Below are positions 59,940 through 64,000 of a stretch of DNA of 64,000 bases, piece by piece. A program made the position numbers and the translations under genes. Position 1 is the first letter of the stretch, and each line of letters opens with the position of its first letter. Origin of the DNA: an uncultured delta proteobacterium (GTDB taxonomy: Bacteria; Myxococcota_A; Polyangia; Polyangiales; Polyangiaceae); NCBI GenBank assembly GCA_963782055.1, contig CAWAIF010000003.1, forward strand, positions 544,001 through 608,000. The letters run 5' to 3'. The notes under the pieces were generated by a model. It had not been told where the DNA came from. It worked only from the letters and a program-made list of their open reading frames with translations, and made no database searches.

Positions 59940-60836
59940 TTACATGGCGGACATCTTGAGCGCCATGGGCGCCATGATCAGCGCCATGATGCTCGCGAAC
60001 ACGAGGACGAGGGGGCCGGTCATCGCCACGCCGGCCTTGGCGGCCATCTCCTCGGCGCGGACCGAGCGGCGCGTGCGCGAGGAGGTGGCCTGGATCTGCA
60101 GGACGTCGGCGACGGGGTTGCCGCGCTCCTCCGCCTGGATGAGCGCACCGGTGAACTCCTTCACGGCCTCCACCGGGCAGCGCCGGGTGAACTCCAGCAG
60201 CGCCTCCTTGCGGGTGCGGCCGAGGTTGAGCGTCTGCAGGATGAGGGTGAACTCCTCGACGATGGGGTCGTTCGGGTTGGAGGACTTCTCCACGACCTGC
60301 CGGACGGCGCCGGGGAAGTCGAGGCCGGCGCCCATCGCGAGGGCCATGAGGTCGATGACGTACGGGAGGCCGCGGCTGATGTTCTTCAGCCGCTCCTGGC
60401 CGGCGCCGCTGATCTGCATGTACGGGGCGATGGCGCCGATCGGCGTCATGATCAAGGGGATGGTGTAGTTGTCCATGATCGCCCCGAACACGAGGCCGCC
60501 CCCGAGCGCCGCGAAGGCGGACAGGATGCACAGGGCGAGGTACTCGTCGGTGGTGATGCCGAGGTAGTCGCCGGCGAGGGTGATCTGGTCGTCGAGCTTG
60601 TTGCGCTTGTCCTCCGGCAGGAGGCCGCTCACGCGCACGCCCAGCCAGCGCACGAGAGGCTCGACGCTCGGCCACAAGCCCGGCTCCGCGAGCGCGCGCT
60701 GGCGCTTGAGGCCTCGCAGGCCCAGGCGGCTCGCGATGCGCGTCGGGGCGCTGACGACCGCGTACACCGCGAGGAAGAACGAGATGGCGAAGGCCGCCAG
60801 GCAGACGATCTTGACGATTTGAGAACGCAGCTCCAT
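59940..60836 (-). CDS. tadC: Tad platform protein TadC (T2SSF family)
   Basis: LPYVIDLMALAMGAG, QAEERG and AEEMAAKA. Confidence 0.9.
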   Translation of the reverse strand: MELRSQIVKIVCLAAFAISFFLAVYAVVSAPTRIASRLGLRGLKRQRALAEPGLWPSVEPLVRWLGVRVSGLLPEDKRNKLDDQITLAGDYLGITTDEYLALCILSAFAALGGGLVFGAIMDNYTIPLIMTPIGAIAPYMQISGAGQERLKNISRGLPYVIDLMALAMGAGLDFPGAVRQVVEKSSNPNDPIVEEFTLILQTLNLGRTRKEALLEFTRRCPVEAVKEFTGALIQAEERGNPVADVLQIQATSSRTRRSVRAEEMAAKAGVAMTGPLVLVFASIMALIMAPMALKMSAM

Positions 60837-60844
60837 GGCCTACC

Positions 60845-61714
60845 TCAGATGTCCACGCTCAGGATCTTGCGTGCCCACAGCAACGCGCTCACCCAGCAGC
60901 CCACAGCCATCGCCACCACCATGTAGCCCGACACCGTGTGCTGGAGGACGTCGAAGAACCCCGGCGACGCGATCGTGAGCATGATCACGAGCACGAAGGG
61001 CAGCAGCGCGATGACCCAGAGCTGCATCTTGCCCTCGGCCGTCTTGGTGCGGATGACGCCCTCCAGGCGGCCCATCTCGCGGATGGACGCTGCGGTGGAC
61101 TCGAGCACCTTGGAGAGGTTGCCGCCGACCTGCCGGCCGATGAGCACCGCGGAGAGGGCGGAGTCGACCTGGCGGCTGCCGATGCGCGCCGCCATGTGGA
61201 GCAGCGCCTGATCGAGGCTGCTGCCGACCTTCATCTCCTTGGTCGCGAGCTCCACCTCTTCCCGGATGGGGCTCTGGAGGATGGGGACGACCGAGTTGAA
61301 GGCCGCGCTGATGCTGGGGATCGCCTTGAGGGCGTTCGCCAGCGCGAGGAGGAAGCCGTCGACCTGCTTTTCGATGGCGGTCAGGCGCTTCTTGCGCATG
61401 GACTCGATCTGCATGACCGGCAGCCCCAGCACCACGACGAGCCACACCGGGAAGACGGGCAGGTCGATGATGGCGATGTCGACGAACAGGAGCGCGAACA
61501 CGGCACCGAGCTGGCCGAGGGCGATGGCGCGCCCCGGCGTGAAGATGAACATGGGCCGGAGCTTGCGCTCGAGGGAGGACGTGTAGCGGGCCCAGTACCG
61601 GTAGACCAGGCTGTCGCGATCCCCGAACGAGACGTAGATGGCCATGAAGGTGGCGAGACCGATGAGGCCGACGCCGCCCCACTTGAGGGCCATGCGCATC
61701 ACGGTGCCGTGCAC
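60845..61714 (-). CDS. tadB: Tad platform protein TadB (T2SSF family)
   Basis: LANALKA, GGNLSKVLE and TAEGKMQ. Confidence 0.9.
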   Translation of the reverse strand: MHGTVMRMALKWGGVGLIGLATFMAIYVSFGDRDSLVYRYWARYTSSLERKLRPMFIFTPGRAIALGQLGAVFALLFVDIAIIDLPVFPVWLVVVLGLPVMQIESMRKKRLTAIEKQVDGFLLALANALKAIPSISAAFNSVVPILQSPIREEVELATKEMKVGSSLDQALLHMAARIGSRQVDSALSAVLIGRQVGGNLSKVLESTAASIREMGRLEGVIRTKTAEGKMQLWVIALLPFVLVIMLTIASPGFFDVLQHTVSGYMVVAMAVGCWVSALLWARKILSVDI

Positions 61715-61736
61715 GGATGCCTCCTTCTGCTCGTGA

Positions 61737-63635
61737 TCACAGGTAGGGCTCCCCGGGCTTGACGAGCCCCATGACGATGAAGTCTTGCAGATAGGAGGGC
61801 AAGTAGCCCGTCGCGCGGTGGTCGCCGATGACCTTCCCGCCAGTGCCGGTGCCGGTGCGGACGAACTCGAAGATGGGGCGCATCTCGATGCCGCCGTTCT
61901 CGTCGATGCCGGTGATCTCGGTGATGGCGGTGACCTTGCGGCTGCCGTCGGAGAGGCGGCTCTGCTGGACGATGAGGTGCACGCTGCCCGCGATCTGGTC
62001 GCGGATGGCGCGCACCGGGAGATCCACGCCGGCCATGAGCACCAGCGTCTCCAGGCGGGAGATGGCCTCGTCCGGCGAGTTGGCGTGGGTGGTGGTCAGC
62101 GAGCCGTCGTGGCCGGTGTTCATGGCCTGGAGCATGTCCAGCGCCTCGCCGCCGCGGCACTCGCCGACGACGATGCGGTCCGGGCGCATGCGCAGGGCGT
62201 TCTTGACCAGATCGCGGATGGTGTACTCGCCGCGGCCCTCCAGGTTGGCAGGACGGGTCTCCAGCGAGACGACGTGCGGCTGCTTGAGCTGGAGCTCCGC
62301 GGCGTCCTCGATGGTCACGATGCGCTCGTCCGACGGGATGGCGCCGGAGAGGCAGTTGAGGAGGGTGGTCTTGCCGGAGCCGGTGCCGCCGGAGATGACG
62401 ATGTTGCGCTTGGCGAGCACCGAGCGGACGAGGAAGCGCGACATCCTGTCCGTCATGGCGCCGTAGTTCATCAGCTTCTCGAGCGTCAGCGGGGTGCGCG
62501 AGAACTTGCGGATGGTGATGCACGAGCCGCGCAGGGCGATGGGCCGGATGACCGCGTTCACGCGGGAGCCGTCCTTGAGGCGCGCGTCGACGAGGGGCGA
62601 GCTCTCGTCGATGCGGCGGCCGAGCGGGGTGACGATGCGCTCGATGACCGCGCGCACGCGCTCGTCGTCGGTGAACTTCACCTCGGAGAGCAGGAGCTTG
62701 CCGCCGCGCTCGTAGTAGATGGTCTCCGGATCGACGACCATGATCTCGCTGATGCTCGGGTCGGCGAGGAAGTGCTCGAGCGGGCCGAGGCCGAGCGCCT
62801 CGTCGGCGAGCTCGCCGATGAGCTTGTCGCGGTCCTGCGTGGCCGGGACGCGGCCGACGCCGTCGAGCTGGCCCACGATGCGGCGGAGGGCGCCGAGCAC
62901 CTTCGGGCGCATCGAGGGCTCCTCGAGCTTCTTGGCGTCGATGGTCGCCAGGTCGAGGTGCTCGAGGAGCATCTTGTGGATCTCGCGGCGGAGCTTGACG
63001 TCAGCGTCGCGCGCCTTGGCGGCGACGTCGCGGGCGCGCGCCTTGGCGACGACGTCTCCCTTGGCGTGGCCGTTGAGCCCGGGGGCCGGCCTCGCCGGGA
63101 CGGCGCCCGTCATCGCCGGGACGCCCCCGCTCATGCCGGGCAGCGGCCCGGTCTGCGGGGCCATGGGCACGCCGGCGCCGTTCATCGCCGGCAAGGGCTG
63201 GGACGCACCGGCGTGCGGGAGCTGGGGCGCCGACCCCTGCGGCAGCCCGCGCACGGTGGGCTTGGCGGGAGGCGGGGCGGTGGCGCCGGGGGGCGGCCCG
63301 TACGCACCGGAGCGCGCGGGACCCGGGGCGGAGGCCTGGTCCGCGGGGACCAGGTAGATGGTGAAGTTGCCGACGACGATGGGCGTCCCGAAGGGGACGT
63401 CGACCGACTCGCGACGGAGCAGGCGGTCGCCTGCGAGCGTGCCGTTGGTGGAGAGATCCTCGACGCGGAGCCCGCCGGCGCCTACCTCGACGACCGCGTG
63501 CTGGCGGGAGACCAAATCGCTGTCCAGGCGGAGAACGCAGTTCGGGTGTCGACCGATGGAGATGGGTCCATTCGGCTGGAATATCTCGCTGCGCTCCTGA
63601 CCATCGTCAGTATGAACGACGACCTGAACATTCAC
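61737..63635 (-). CDS. cpaF: FHA domain fused to CpaF/TadA ATPase
   Basis: [18 protein letters not shown] (intact FHA); Pro-rich linker; [23 protein letters not shown] and TGHDGS. Confidence 0.94.
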   Translation of the reverse strand: MNVQVVVHTDDGQERSEIFQPNGPISIGRHPNCVLRLDSDLVSRQHAVVEVGAGGLRVEDLSTNGTLAGDRLLRRESVDVPFGTPIVVGNFTIYLVPADQASAPGPARSGAYGPPPGATAPPPAKPTVRGLPQGSAPQLPHAGASQPLPAMNGAGVPMAPQTGPLPGMSGGVPAMTGAVPARPAPGLNGHAKGDVVAKARARDVAAKARDADVKLRREIHKMLLEHLDLATIDAKKLEEPSMRPKVLGALRRIVGQLDGVGRVPATQDRDKLIGELADEALGLGPLEHFLADPSISEIMVVDPETIYYERGGKLLLSEVKFTDDERVRAVIERIVTPLGRRIDESSPLVDARLKDGSRVNAVIRPIALRGSCITIRKFSRTPLTLEKLMNYGAMTDRMSRFLVRSVLAKRNIVISGGTGSGKTTLLNCLSGAIPSDERIVTIEDAAELQLKQPHVVSLETRPANLEGRGEYTIRDLVKNALRMRPDRIVVGECRGGEALDMLQAMNTGHDGSLTTTHANSPDEAISRLETLVLMAGVDLPVRAIRDQIAGSVHLIVQQSRLSDGSRKVTAITEITGIDENGGIEMRPIFEFVRTGTGTGGKVIGDHRATGYLPSYLQDFIVMGLVKPGEPYL

Positions 63636-63660
63636 ACTCTCACTTCTCCTTGCGTTGGGC

Positions 63661-64000
63661 CTACTGCTCCTTCTTCGCGGACGGAGGCGTGCGGTCGAAG
63701 GTGTTCACGCTGTCGATGTCGCCGGTGTAGTCGTTGAACTGGCTGAGGGCGCTCTTGACGAGGTCGAGCGCGGACTTGGGCACCGTCTCCACGACGCTCG
63801 GGATGATGAACATGGCGTTCTCGATCTGCTGCTGCTGATCGCCATGGCTCCCGAAAAGGATACCCAGCACCGGGATCTCGCTCAACAGCGGGAGGCCCTG
63901 GATGTTGTGCGTCTGGGTGGAGCTCTTGATGCCGGAGAGCACCAGCGCCTGGCCGAGCTTGAGGTCGACGAGGGACTCCAGGCGATTGACGTCGCGGCCG
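63661..64000 (-). CDS. Secretin (RcpA/CpaC-like), C-terminal part, truncated by window end
   Basis: LVDLKLGQALVLSG...GLPLLSEIPVLGILFGS...FIIP secretin signature; frame open to the window edge. Confidence 0.88.
   Translation of the reverse strand, partial: GRDVNRLESLVDLKLGQALVLSGIKSSTQTHNIQGLPLLSEIPVLGILFGSHGDQQQQIENAMFIIPSVVETVPKSALDLVKSALSQFNDYTGDIDSVNTFDRTPPSAKKEQ

Overview
High-GC window with a myxobacterial gene complement, most consistent with Polyangiaceae (inferred from gene content and protein style, not from a database search). Layout: (1) 3' end of rpoB plus rpoC. (2) About 15.6 kb of accessory genes between rpoC and rpsL: GH5 glycoside hydrolase, Ser/Thr kinase-FGE fusion, divergent ligD/ku NHEJ pair, an Flp-pilin-like protein with a C-terminal membrane anchor, S41 peptidase, phosphoesterase and a GST-like gene. 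(3) The str-S10-spc-alpha ribosomal protein supercluster. It lacks rplC, encodes an EF-Tu with a non-canonical switch-I region, and is split between rpsS and rplV by a terminator, a lipoprotein gene and a near-copy of the rpsL promoter. (4) acyP, an lpxC-like gene and several membrane or enzyme genes. (5) A 9-gene envelope redox-like cluster (46.4-55.6 kb): DUF4266 lipoprotein, TPR/PEGA-DUF3570 beta-barrel, five c-type-heme lipoproteins (five CXXCH and two CX4CH motifs) and a Tat-exported DUF1501/DUF1552-like protein, in two convergent operons each with a sigma54-like promoter. This is the best candidate for an undescribed system. (6) A Tad/Kil-like pilus locus with two CpaF ATPases and three FHA or FHA-like proteins, truncated by the window end. 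No rRNA, tRNA, CRISPR array or transposase was recognised.
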